A stretch of DNA of 62,825 nt from Bacteroidales bacterium (lineage in GTDB: Bacteria; Bacteroidota; Bacteroidia; Bacteroidales; UBA12077): the NCBI GenBank assembly GCA_028282585.1, contig JANQHR010000003.1, positions 1-62,825 of the forward strand. Direction: 5' to 3'. Both the position numbers and the translations under genes were made by a program. The notes beneath the pieces are model-generated. The model made no database searches, was not told where the DNA came from, and saw only the letters and a program-made list of their open reading frames with translations. Positions 50,701-60,473 of this stretch are shown here, in pieces; the stretch's first letter is position 1; the number at the start of each line of letters is the position of its first letter.

Positions 50701-52014
50701 ATGAAAAGTAAGAATTTACTTAAAATATTGTTAATAGCTGCAGTTGTTCTCATTGTAATTGCAGTTATAGGTAAAAAAGCGGGTTGGTTTGGAGGTGCTC
50801 CAGGTATAAAAGTTAGTGTGGAAAATCCTGAATTTAGAACTGTTACTGAAATTGTTACAGCGAGCGGAAAGATTCAGCCTGAAACAGAAGTTAAAATATC
50901 TCCGGATGTATCCGGAGAAATAGTTGAACTCCATATAAATGAAGGAGATTTTGTTAACAAAGGTGATTTATTATTGAAGATTAAACCTGATATTTATCTT
51001 TCTGCAGTTGATAGAACAAGGGCCGCGGTAAATTCGGCAAAAGCTAATCAAGCAAATAATGAAGCGTATTTAGAACAGATTAAAGCAAAATATAAGCAGG
51101 CTAAAAATGCATTTGACAGAAATAAAGTACTCTGGGAGCAAGAAACTATTTCTGATGCAGAATACGAAAATGCGCTTTCATCTTTCCAAATGGCAAAAGC
51201 CGAATTAGAAGCTGCAAAAAAATCAATAGAAAGTGCTAAATATTCGGTTCAGAGTGCAGAAGCGTCACTCTCCGAGGCAGAAGAAAACCTTCGGAAAACA
51301 ACGATATATGCACCTATGAGTGGGACTATATCTATGTTGAATGTAGAAATAGGGGAACGTGTGGTTGGAACAATGCAAATGGCAGGTACAGAAATGCTAC
51401 GTATTGCCGATCTTAATCGTATGGAAGTAAAGGTAGATGTAAATGAAAACGATATAGTAAAAGTAAAGTTAAAGGATACAGCATTAGTTGAAATTGATGC
51501 CTATCTGGGAGAAACATTTAAAGGAGTTGTAACTGAGATAGCTAATTCTGCAAATGTATCCGGAATGAGTACTGATCAGGTTACAAGCTTTGATGTAAAA
51601 GTGTTGTTATTAAAAGATTCATACCGTCATTTAATTTCAAGAGACAATCCAAACCCGTTTCGACCTGGTATGTCGGCATCTGTTGATGTTCAAACAAACA
51701 CCAAAAGAAATATTCTTACCATACCAATTCAATGTGTTACAACAAGAGCCGATTCTACCGAAAAGCTAAGTGAGGAATTTGCTGAAATGGAAGAGGAGCT
51801 AAAGGAAGTTGTATTTGTAGTTTCAAACGATTCCGCAAAACTAACTTTAGTAAAAACTGGTATTCAGGATAATAAATATATTGAAATTACAAGTGGACTT
51901 GATAAAGAAAATGTTATAATTACATCTCCATATAGTGCTATTTCCAGAAGGTTAAAGGATGGCTCAATTGTAAAGATTGTGGATAAAAAAGAATTGTTCA
52001 ACGAAAAAGATTAA
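50701..52014 (+). CDS. Efflux periplasmic adaptor subunit (MacA/HlyD-like)
   Basis: ASGKIQP, V.KGDLL, TIYAPMSG, FRPGMSA. Confidence 0.92.
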   Translation: MKSKNLLKILLIAAVVLIVIAVIGKKAGWFGGAPGIKVSVENPEFRTVTEIVTASGKIQPETEVKISPDVSGEIVELHINEGDFVNKGDLLLKIKPDIYLSAVDRTRAAVNSAKANQANNEAYLEQIKAKYKQAKNAFDRNKVLWEQETISDAEYENALSSFQMAKAELEAAKKSIESAKYSVQSAEASLSEAEENLRKTTIYAPMSGTISMLNVEIGERVVGTMQMAGTEMLRIADLNRMEVKVDVNENDIVKVKLKDTALVEIDAYLGETFKGVVTEIANSANVSGMSTDQVTSFDVKVLLLKDSYRHLISRDNPNPFRPGMSASVDVQTNTKRNILTIPIQCVTTRADSTEKLSEEFAEMEEELKEVVFVVSNDSAKLTLVKTGIQDNKYIEITSGLDKENVIITSPYSAISRRLKDGSIVKIVDKKELFNEKD

Positions 52015-52040
52015 TTTCGGCCATTTAAACAGAATGATAT

Positions 52041-52757
52041 ATGGGTTTGATATTAAGTATTGAAACTTCAACAATGGTTTGCTCAGTCTGTATCTCAAGA
52101 AACGGTGAGCTCATTGGAATAAAAGAAAGCGAGGAAGAAAAATCACATGCTAAAAACCTTACAGTTTTTGTAGATGAATTAATGAAAGAGAATGGGTTTA
52201 GTTATAGTGATTTGGATGCTGTTTCCATTAGTAAAGGACCGGGTTCTTATACAGGTTTGCGAATTGGCGTATCTACGGCAAAGGGATTGTGTTACGCCAA
52301 GAATATTCCTTTAATTGCTATAAATACTTTACAAGCTATGGCTAATGGAATGATTACAAAGGTTGAATCAAACGAGATTATAATTGACCATTTTGAAAAT
52401 TCTGTATTAGTTCCAATGATTGACGCCAGGAGGATGGAGGTATATTCAGCATTTTTTAATTCAAAAGGTGAGACAGTTCGTGATGTAAAAGCAGAAATTT
52501 TAGATGAGAGGTCTTACAATGAAATATTAGAAAAACAAAAAATGATATTTTTTGGCGACGGTTCTGAAAAGGTTCATAATGTAATAAAGCATAATAACGC
52601 AATGTTTATTAAAAACATAAATCCATCGGCAAAGGATATGATTGAATTATCTGAGCAACTATTTAAAATGAAAAAGTTTGAAGATGTAGCTTATTTTGAA
52701 CCATTTTATTTAAAAGATTTTATTGCTACAATACCTAAGAAAAATATTTTTAAATAA
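52041..52757 (+). CDS. tsaB: tRNA t6A37 modification protein TsaB
   Basis: ILSIETS, GPGSYTGLRIG, IDARRMEVY, EPFYLK. Confidence 0.97.
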   Translation: MGLILSIETSTMVCSVCISRNGELIGIKESEEEKSHAKNLTVFVDELMKENGFSYSDLDAVSISKGPGSYTGLRIGVSTAKGLCYAKNIPLIAINTLQAMANGMITKVESNEIIIDHFENSVLVPMIDARRMEVYSAFFNSKGETVRDVKAEILDERSYNEILEKQKMIFFGDGSEKVHNVIKHNNAMFIKNINPSAKDMIELSEQLFKMKKFEDVAYFEPFYLKDFIATIPKKNIFK

Positions 52758-52796
52758 TTGCATGGAATTTGTTTTGGTACCTAAAAACTGAAACCT

Positions 52797-53573
52797 ATGA
52801 AAACAGGATACCTGAAAATTGTTATTACTATTCTAGTATTCTTTATTAGTAATGAGTTTAAAGCTATTGCGCCAAGTGATATTAAACCATATATTTCAGG
52901 GGAAAGATTGGTATACATAGCATATTTCGGTTGGTTAAATGCAGGCGAGGCAATATTTACGGTAAATAAAACCGAATTTGAAGATATTAATTTGTATCAT
53001 GCAGTTGCAGAGGCAAACACCATTGGTTTAGCTGATAAAATATTTAAGGTACGCGATATTTACGAAAGTTATTTCAAACCTGAAAATAATCAGACCTACC
53101 TGGCAATTAGAAATATAAGCGAGGGTAAATACAGATATTACAATGAAGTTCGATATTATTATGACGAGAATAAGGTTGTAAGTCAAAAATCTGGAGAGCA
53201 CGAGGTCCCGGATAATATCCTGGACATGCTTGGAGCGTTTTATTATTTCCGTGCGTCAATGGTAAGTAGTATAAAAGAAGTTGGTGATGAACTAATTATG
53301 GATACGTATTTTGCAGACGAGATTTTTCCTTTAAAAATGAGATATGTAGGCGATGAAAAAATAAAAACGAAATTAGGTAAGTTTGATACAATGAAGTTTT
53401 CTCCTGTTGTTGAACCTGGAAGGATCTTTGACTCGGAAGATGATGTTACTATTTGGATATCAAAAGATAAAAACTATATTCCAGTTCAAATTCGAATAGA
53501 TTTAATTATAGGTTCTATTAAATGTGATTTGATAGAATATTCCGGACTTCAACATAAATTGGAATATAAATGA
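52797..53573 (+). CDS. DUF3108 domain protein
   Basis: GERLVY..YFGW.NAG, FKVRDIYESY, IWISKD.N.IPV. Confidence 0.85.
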   Translation: MKTGYLKIVITILVFFISNEFKAIAPSDIKPYISGERLVYIAYFGWLNAGEAIFTVNKTEFEDINLYHAVAEANTIGLADKIFKVRDIYESYFKPENNQTYLAIRNISEGKYRYYNEVRYYYDENKVVSQKSGEHEVPDNILDMLGAFYYFRASMVSSIKEVGDELIMDTYFADEIFPLKMRYVGDEKIKTKLGKFDTMKFSPVVEPGRIFDSEDDVTIWISKDKNYIPVQIRIDLIIGSIKCDLIEYSGLQHKLEYK

Positions 53574-53657
53574 TAAGACAATCTCTACTTTTATTGATTT
53601 AGAAAATTAAATGATTTACACTATTTTTGCACACTAAATAGTTTAAACACATAGATT

Positions 53658-54227
53658 ATGGCAAGTACAGCAGATTTTAAAAACGGTTTATGTATTGAAT
53701 ATAACGGTGACTTGTATACAATTGTACAGTTTCAACATGTAAAACCTGGAAAAGGTGCCGCTTTTGTTCGCACCAAATTAAAGAATTTAAAAACAGGCAA
53801 AGTAATTGATAATACTTTTAATGCAGGTGTTAAAGTAAATGTGCAAAGAATAGAGCGACGTCCTTATCAATATCTTTACAAAGATGATATAGGGTATCAT
53901 TTCATGCATAGTGAAACATTCGAGCAAGTATCATTTCAAGAGGAATTAATTAATGCTCCTGATTTGTTGAAAGAAGGACAAGGAATTGAAGCAGTTTATC
54001 ATGCCGATACAGAAACTCCTTTGTATGCGGAACTCCCGGCTTATGTTGTGCTGGAGGTTACTTATACCGAACCGGGATTAAAAGGCGATACCTCTTCAAG
54101 TACAGCTCTTAAACCTGCAACGCTCGAAACAGGTGCTGAAATTATGGTTCCTCTGTTTGTTGATACCGGCGATAAAATAAAGGTAGACACAAGAGATCAT
54201 TCTTACGGTGAGCGAGTTAAAGAATAA
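53658..54227 (+). CDS. efp: Elongation factor P
   Basis: [28 protein letters not shown]; TATTTTTG element just upstream. Confidence 0.99.
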   Translation: MASTADFKNGLCIEYNGDLYTIVQFQHVKPGKGAAFVRTKLKNLKTGKVIDNTFNAGVKVNVQRIERRPYQYLYKDDIGYHFMHSETFEQVSFQEELINAPDLLKEGQGIEAVYHADTETPLYAELPAYVVLEVTYTEPGLKGDTSSSTALKPATLETGAEIMVPLFVDTGDKIKVDTRDHSYGERVKE

Positions 54228-54284
54228 GACTTTCTTTTTGTACTTAAATTTTGTACATTTATTCAGATTTGAAAATCAGAACAA

Positions 54285-55523
54285 ATGGATCTTGCCGGCA
54301 AAGCATCAATTAACAGGTTAAAGCTTTCTACATTTAAGCTGAATACCTTGCTTACAATTACCAAAGCAATTAATGAGAATCTTTCTACAGAAGAACTGTT
54401 AAAACGTTATGAAAAGATCCTTCGTGAGGATTTAAATATTGGCAAGATACTGATATTTAAATATGACAAAGATTGGGATCTAATTCTTAGCTCTGGTTGC
54501 TCAAAAGAAATAATTAAACGAATTGATGTAGAAAAAGATCTTTTGGGACATGAAGAGATATCTTTTATTACTGCATCTCCAAATCCTACATTAAGGGTTT
54601 TTGATAATATTATTCCGGTAATAAATAATAATATTCCGATTGCATTTGTTTTAATTGGTGATATTGATGAAGAAAAAGAAGGTGTAAGTCCTACCATTAA
54701 GCACTTGCATTTTATTCAAACACTTTCGAATATTATTATTGTTGCTATTGAAAACATTCGATTGTATAAAGAATCACTAGAGCAGGAGGCTTTTAAGAAA
54801 GAGTTAGAATTAGCTTCTAAAATGCAGTCTATGTTAATTCCGGATCGCTCAATACTTCCTCATAATGAAAAAATATTGGTTTCAACATTCTATCATCCGC
54901 ACCTTGAGGTTGGTGGTGATTATTATGATTTTATTCAGTTGAGTGATGATGAAGTAGGTTTTTGTATAGCTGATGTTTCAGGTAAAGGAATATCGGCTGC
55001 TTTATTAATGTCTAATTTTCAGGCTAATATACGAGCATTGTTTACAACGGAAAAACCTTTATTAGAGATAATAAAAACGCTTAATGAACGTGTTATGGCA
55101 AGCGCAAAGGGCGAAAAATTTATTACTCTGTTTATCGGAAAATACAGTTATAAAACTCATATATTAGAATACGTAAATGCAGGGCATAATCCTCCAATTT
55201 TTTACGATCTGAAACAAAAGGATCTTACCTATTTAAAAGATGGGTGTGTAGGTATGGGAATGCTTGATGAAATTCCAACCTTGAAATCAGGATCAGTTCA
55301 TGTAAAAAATAAATCAAAACTGTTTTGTTATACTGATGGTTTGGTAGAATTAGTAGATGATGACGGAATAACTCTAGGAACTGATCAAATCGAGAAACAT
55401 ATTGCCAATAACAAGGATATCGATGAAAATATAAGCACAATTGTAAAACAGCAAAAGGTTCTTGAGGATAATGCAGCTATTTTTGATGATATTTCAATTA
55501 TTGGGATTGAGTTTTACAATTAA
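54285..55523 (+). CDS. PP2C/SpoIIE (RsbU-like) phosphatase with N-terminal GAF-like region
   Basis: VGGDYYD, IADVSGKG, NAGH, YTDGL, DDISI. Confidence 0.93.
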   Translation: MDLAGKASINRLKLSTFKLNTLLTITKAINENLSTEELLKRYEKILREDLNIGKILIFKYDKDWDLILSSGCSKEIIKRIDVEKDLLGHEEISFITASPNPTLRVFDNIIPVINNNIPIAFVLIGDIDEEKEGVSPTIKHLHFIQTLSNIIIVAIENIRLYKESLEQEAFKKELELASKMQSMLIPDRSILPHNEKILVSTFYHPHLEVGGDYYDFIQLSDDEVGFCIADVSGKGISAALLMSNFQANIRALFTTEKPLLEIIKTLNERVMASAKGEKFITLFIGKYSYKTHILEYVNAGHNPPIFYDLKQKDLTYLKDGCVGMGMLDEIPTLKSGSVHVKNKSKLFCYTDGLVELVDDDGITLGTDQIEKHIANNKDIDENISTIVKQQKVLEDNAAIFDDISIIGIEFYN

Positions 55524-55537
55524 AAATATCCTTCATT

Positions 55538-56116
55538 TTGAGCGCTTTCAGAAAATATATTGAAAAATATTCTAAAGTTTCTGAAGAGGATTGGCAAATT
55601 TTCCTGCAAGTTTTTGAACAAAAGGTAATTGAAAAGAATGACCTTCTTGTAGAAGAGGGTAAAATATGCAAGTATTTTTATTTTCTGGAGCAAGGTTTAG
55701 TACGTTTTTTTACTATAAAAGATGGTAATGATATTACCAAAATGTTTACGATTGCACCTGATTGTTTTACTTCAAAGTTAAGTTTTAGGAAACAAAAGTT
55801 AGCGCAGGAAGGTATCCAAGCATTAGAAAAGTCTACCGTTTGGCAGGTGGAGTACAAAGATCTAAAAATCTTGTCGAAATTAGACTCCTGGAATACATTT
55901 ATCCGTCAGTTTGTTTACGAGGTGGATGAATTTACAGAAAAATTTTTAATGGAAATACAAACAGAAACTGCGGAAGAAAGATATCAAAAGTTAAATGAAA
56001 GATACCCTAGAATAATAAATAAAATCCCATTAAAACACTTATCTGCTTTTTTAGGGATTGCACCTCAATCTTTAAGCAGAATTCGAAAAAAACTTCACGA
56101 AAATCGCAAAAGTTAA
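55538..56116 (+). CDS. Crp/Fnr family transcriptional regulator
   Basis: cNMP-binding fold and the HTH IPLKHLSAFLGIAPQSLSRIR; TTG start. Confidence 0.92.
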   Translation: MSAFRKYIEKYSKVSEEDWQIFLQVFEQKVIEKNDLLVEEGKICKYFYFLEQGLVRFFTIKDGNDITKMFTIAPDCFTSKLSFRKQKLAQEGIQALEKSTVWQVEYKDLKILSKLDSWNTFIRQFVYEVDEFTEKFLMEIQTETAEERYQKLNERYPRIINKIPLKHLSAFLGIAPQSLSRIRKKLHENRKS

Positions 56117-56126
56117 CATAGGTGAA
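56113..56126 (+). promoter_or_regulatory. Candidate Crp/Fnr operator
   Basis: TTAAC-atag-GTGAA, an imperfect 5-N4-5 palindrome overlapping the regulator stop and upstream of the hydrolase. Confidence 0.5.
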
Positions 56127-56181
56127 GTAATCTTTGGTGTTTATTCTTGACTTTTGTGTCCAAATTTAATTGATTTGGATT

Positions 56182-57105
56182 ATGGTAAGTTTTAAGTGTA
56201 AGGTAGTTAACTTTTTAATTAGAAACAGGCATTTTTTTGAAGGAAAATTAAAAAGGGAAGTTTTTGATTTGAATACATCTATGAAGGAATTTCGAGAACT
56301 TTGCGAAAAAGGAGCAGCAAAACGAACAAGAATACCGGATGAGATTAAGATAAAAGAAGAATCCATTGAGGATATTAAATCTGAATGGATTATTCCGGAA
56401 GGAGCTAATTCAGAAAAACTAATCTTTTATGTTCATGGTGGAGGTTATGTATCAGGATCATGCAATGACCACAGGTATGTTGTTTCAAAGCTGGCTTTTG
56501 ATACGGGAATTACCTGTTTGCAATATGAGTACAGGTTAGCTCCGGAACATCCATTTCCTGCAGCCTTAGAAGATTCTTTAGCAGTTTATTCTCAGGTATT
56601 AAAAAAAGGATATAAACCGGAAAATATAATTATAATGGGAGAATCAGCGGGAGGTGGTTTAACCCTTGCCATACTTTTAGCTTTAAAACAAAATAAGATT
56701 CCTTTTCCAAAAGCCACAGTTGCAATTTCTCCATGGGCCGATTTAACTTGTTCGAGCGAATCTTATATTACAAAGAATAAAGCTTCGGTTGCTCCAAAAA
56801 ACTCCTGGACAGTTTTTAGCCATCATTATGTAGGTACTTGCAATGCTAAGAACCCCTTAATTTCTCCTTTGTTTGGCGATTTAAAAGGGTTACCACCGAT
56901 TTTTATCAATTCGGGTGAAGCGGATGAATTATTTGATGATGGAAGAAAATTTTATGAAAAAGCTAAAAAAGCGGATGTTAACGTAACATTTAAAGCCGGT
57001 AAAGGAATGATTCATTGTTATCCAATATTAGCTCCCATGTTTAAGGAGGCGACGGAAGCAATGAATGAGATTTTAGATTTTATCAGGAGACAACTGAACT
57101 ACTAA
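56182..57105 (+). CDS. Alpha/beta hydrolase (HSL/GDXG esterase family)
   Basis: HGGG, YRLAPEHPFPA, GESAGG, GMIH. Confidence 0.95.
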   Translation: MVSFKCKVVNFLIRNRHFFEGKLKREVFDLNTSMKEFRELCEKGAAKRTRIPDEIKIKEESIEDIKSEWIIPEGANSEKLIFYVHGGGYVSGSCNDHRYVVSKLAFDTGITCLQYEYRLAPEHPFPAALEDSLAVYSQVLKKGYKPENIIIMGESAGGGLTLAILLALKQNKIPFPKATVAISPWADLTCSSESYITKNKASVAPKNSWTVFSHHYVGTCNAKNPLISPLFGDLKGLPPIFINSGEADELFDDGRKFYEKAKKADVNVTFKAGKGMIHCYPILAPMFKEATEAMNEILDFIRRQLNY

Positions 57106-57434
57106 CTCCAGACTCTTTTTTTGTTTACTTCTTCCTTTTTTCTAAAAGCAGTTTCCAAATCAATTTTATATCTATTGGCAATAGAGCATATGTAAATTAA
57201 AATATCTGCTAACTCTTCTTCAACAGTAGTTAACTTAGAGTTTTGTTTATCAATGCTTATTAACTCTGCTTTTCTAACAGCTTTAAATAATTCACCTATT
57301 TCTTCGCCTAATAAAAGGCATTTTTGAACAACACTTTGATCAATGAAACCACGTTCAATTTCTAAATCATGAACATATTCCTGAAAATCTTTAATAGTTG
57401 GATTTTCTTTTAAAATCAGTTTACTATTAGGCAT
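57102..57434 (-). CDS. MazG-like nucleotide pyrophosphohydrolase
   Basis: EEIGEL..EELAD..Y..IDLE.AF; start moved to ATG 57434. Confidence 0.9.
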   Translation of the reverse strand: MPNSKLILKENPTIKDFQEYVHDLEIERGFIDQSVVQKCLLLGEEIGELFKAVRKAELISIDKQNSKLTTVEEELADILIYICSIANRYKIDLETAFRKKEEVNKKRVWS

Positions 57435-57486
57435 TTTCTTTATTATTAATGATTTTTTGAAAATAACAAATACCAACTAATAAACA

Positions 57487-57521
57487 AAACCCTGCGAGAG
57501 TTTTAAATTTTTACGGGGTTG
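57487..57521. repeat. Degenerate REP-like palindrome / terminator
   Basis: aaccctgcgagag-ttttaaa-tttttacggggtt, same layout as 8336-8368. Confidence 0.5.
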
Positions 57522-57538
57522 CTATTTTATATAGGTTC

Positions 57539-58513
57539 TTACCAGTTTAACAACCACGCAAAAATTAATGGCGCCACTATTGTTGCATCTGATTCTACGA
57601 TAAACTTTGGTGTGTCAATATCAAGTTTTCCCCAGGTAATTTTTTCGTTTGGAACGGCGCCTGAATATGAACCGTAACTAGTTGTTGAATCGGATATTTG
57701 GCAAAAATAACTCCAAAATGGAATATTTTCCATTTCTAAGTCTTGATAAAGCATAGGAACTACACATATGGGAAAATCGCCGGCAATTCCACCTCCAATT
57801 TGGAAAAAACCGATTCCTTTTCCTTCGGAATTTTTAACATACCAATCGGCTAACCATGTCATGTACTCAATACCGGATTTGGTAGTGGTTGGTTGTAATT
57901 CTTTTTTTATACAGTAAGATGCAAAGATATTACCCATTGTACTGTCTTCCCATCCGGGAACAACTATGGGTAAATTCTTTTTTGCTGCAGCAACCATCCA
58001 CGAATCTTTTGGGTCGATTTCATAGTATTGCTCCAATACTCCCGAATTGATCATTTTATACATATATTCATGCGGAAAATAACGCTCTCCACTACCTTCT
58101 GCTTCTTTCCATGTTTCAAATATATGCTGTTGTAAACGCCTGAATGCTTCTTCTTCCGGAATACAAGTGTCGGTGACACGGTTTAATCCTTTTTCCAGCA
58201 GATCCCATTCTTCTTTTGGAGTTAAATCGCGATAGTTAGGAACGCGCTTGTAATGAGAGTGAGCTACCAGGTTCATCAGATCTTCTTCGAGGTTTGCTCC
58301 TGTACAAGAAATGATTTGTACCTTATCCTGACGGATCATTTCAGCAAGACTTTTACCTAATTCTCCGGTACTCATTGCACCAGCAAGCGTGATCATCATT
58401 TTTCCACCTTCATTTAAATGCTTTTCGTAGCCTATTGCTGCATCTTTAAGAGCTGCCGCATTAAAGTGTAAAAAATGATCCTCGATAAATTTTGATATGG
58501 TATTTCTAATCAT
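57539..58513 (-). CDS. Deoxyhypusine synthase-like protein (homospermidine pathway)
   Basis: TGANLEED, IGGG, GSYSGA.PNEKITWGK, DATIVAP. Confidence 0.93.
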   Translation of the reverse strand: MIRNTISKFIEDHFLHFNAAALKDAAIGYEKHLNEGGKMMITLAGAMSTGELGKSLAEMIRQDKVQIISCTGANLEEDLMNLVAHSHYKRVPNYRDLTPKEEWDLLEKGLNRVTDTCIPEEEAFRRLQQHIFETWKEAEGSGERYFPHEYMYKMINSGVLEQYYEIDPKDSWMVAAAKKNLPIVVPGWEDSTMGNIFASYCIKKELQPTTTKSGIEYMTWLADWYVKNSEGKGIGFFQIGGGIAGDFPICVVPMLYQDLEMENIPFWSYFCQISDSTTSYGSYSGAVPNEKITWGKLDIDTPKFIVESDATIVAPLIFAWLLNW

Positions 58514-58532
58514 AATGATTTAATTTTTAGAA

Positions 58533-59606
58533 TTATACTTTAATGGGTTCAATGTCAATAAGGTGACAATTTGTACAAAACTTTGGTGATTTATTTTCAA
58601 ACCATAGCTCACGAAACTCTCTATAATCGGAGCTATTTAATACATCCATTACTGAGTATTTAAATACGTTCCCAAAATTCAATTCCCTGGGGAATGGTTT
58701 TGCACAACAAGGAGGCATAAACCCATCCCAGCAAATATAGAAATGAGTCCATGGAAACAGGCATTTTTGGAAACTATTATCTGTTTTAAAATTTCGGTTG
58801 GTTACGGTAACTGACTTGTGTTTTACGATTTTATTTTCAAGCTCTGATAAGGTATCCAAAAATTCGTCCGATTTATAGAAATCATAGTATGATCTGTCTT
58901 CGTTTGTTAATGAAGCTAAATTTAAAAGCGTAAAATCTAAGTACTCTACCTCAATTTTGTCAGTATATTCAACTAATAAAGGAATGTGCTTATAATTCTC
59001 TTTGGTAACAACCATATTTAACATTAAGGTTGTTTCTGATCCTTTAGATAATTCTGATAGTTGTGTTAAATTTTGATCTAAAAGTTCAAAATTGGCATTT
59101 TTACGTATTGATTCATAAATATGGTCTAATCCATCGATAGAAATCTGAATTGTATCAATTTTATTGATCAATCCTGAAACTTTCTCAATGAACTTTGGAA
59201 TAACGGCATTGGTTGATACAGAAATAATAATCCCTTTATTTTTTGATTTTATATAATCAACAATCTCCTCAATTTCTTTAAAGAGAAATGTTTCACCCAT
59301 ACCGGTTAATCCTACCGAATCAAGGTAGGGCCAAAGTTCATCTATAATTTTTTTTGCCTGATCTAAATCAATAGACCCTTTATCCATATGTTTGCCATAT
59401 TCATATTCACGAGGGCAGGTAGTACAGGCTAAATTACAGTGATTGGTTAATTCTAGCATTATGGTTGATGGATAAGCAACTTTGGTAGATTTAATAAGTT
59501 TGAGCCATAATGCACGAAACTTATTAATTACATACAACAGCAAATATTTATTTTTTGGTAAATACTTTATTCGCTTTAAGGCTTTTTTTAGTTGGCGCTT
59601 ATTCAT
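58533..59606 (-). CDS. Radical SAM protein with SPASM/twitch domain
   Basis: CNLACTTC, GMGE, ISIDG, C-terminal CLFPW...GFMPPCC...CTNC; ATG 59606 directly follows the speB stop. Confidence 0.92.
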   Translation of the reverse strand: MNKRQLKKALKRIKYLPKNKYLLLYVINKFRALWLKLIKSTKVAYPSTIMLELTNHCNLACTTCPREYEYGKHMDKGSIDLDQAKKIIDELWPYLDSVGLTGMGETFLFKEIEEIVDYIKSKNKGIIISVSTNAVIPKFIEKVSGLINKIDTIQISIDGLDHIYESIRKNANFELLDQNLTQLSELSKGSETTLMLNMVVTKENYKHIPLLVEYTDKIEVEYLDFTLLNLASLTNEDRSYYDFYKSDEFLDTLSELENKIVKHKSVTVTNRNFKTDNSFQKCLFPWTHFYICWDGFMPPCCAKPFPRELNFGNVFKYSVMDVLNSSDYREFRELWFENKSPKFCTNCHLIDIEPIKV

Positions 59607-59607
59607 T

Positions 59608-60453
59608 TTATTTGGCAAAAACGTAACTTAAAATCTTATAATAAAGTTTTGCAGCTAAAAAATCCGGGGCTTTGTTATGGCTACTTGGGCAAAGTTCCAT
59701 GATATCAAATCCAACTACTTTTTTATTATTAACAACTAATTTTAAAAAATCGATAACCTGTCCCCAAAATAACCCGCCCGGTTCAGGAGTTCCTGTTGAT
59801 GGCATAATGGATGAATCAAAGACATCCAGATCAATGGTAATAAAAACGTTACCATCGATCCTCTTAAGTGCCTCATTCATCCAGTTAGGATTTGCATGAA
59901 TATCATGAGCAAAAAAGCAATTCTCCGGCTTAAGGAATGGTTTTTCAACAGTATCCATACTTCTGACTCCAACTTGAATCAAATTGGTTGTTTTCTGGGC
60001 TTCATATACTGCACATGCGTGATTGTATTTTGAACCTTCGTACTCGGGACGTAAATCTGCATGAGCATCAAATTGCAAAACAGTTAAACGATCAAAATTT
60101 TCCCGGAAAGCCCTTATAGATCCTATACTTACCGAATGTTCGCCACCAAATAAAGTTACAAATTTTCCCTGTTTAATATAGTCCGATGCAGTTTTATGTA
60201 CTGAATCTACCATTTCTTCGGGAGAGTTATTTTCAGTTACAGGATCTGCTAAAAATATACCATGCTTATATACTTCAGTGTCGGTTTCGATATCATAAAT
60301 TTCCATATTTTCAGAAGCTTCTAAAAATGCTTCCGGCCCATTATTGGCACCTTTTAGCCATGTGCTGGTTCCATCATAGGGTACCGGTATCAAAACAATT
60401 TTCGATGATTCCAATTTAGCGTATTCTTCAGGTATTCCTGCATAAGTTTTCAT
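59608..60453 (-). CDS. speB: Agmatinase (ureohydrolase)
   Basis: GGEHS, DAHAD, DLDVFD, TGTPEPGG. Confidence 0.96.
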   Translation of the reverse strand: MKTYAGIPEEYAKLESSKIVLIPVPYDGTSTWLKGANNGPEAFLEASENMEIYDIETDTEVYKHGIFLADPVTENNSPEEMVDSVHKTASDYIKQGKFVTLFGGEHSVSIGSIRAFRENFDRLTVLQFDAHADLRPEYEGSKYNHACAVYEAQKTTNLIQVGVRSMDTVEKPFLKPENCFFAHDIHANPNWMNEALKRIDGNVFITIDLDVFDSSIMPSTGTPEPGGLFWGQVIDFLKLVVNNKKVVGFDIMELCPSSHNKAPDFLAAKLYYKILSYVFAK

Positions 60454-60473
60454 AACTGTTAGTTTAAACGAAG

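Noticed and set aside
50701-52014. Orphan efflux adaptor
   Set aside because: Adaptors separated from their pumps are common; nothing else unusual seen.
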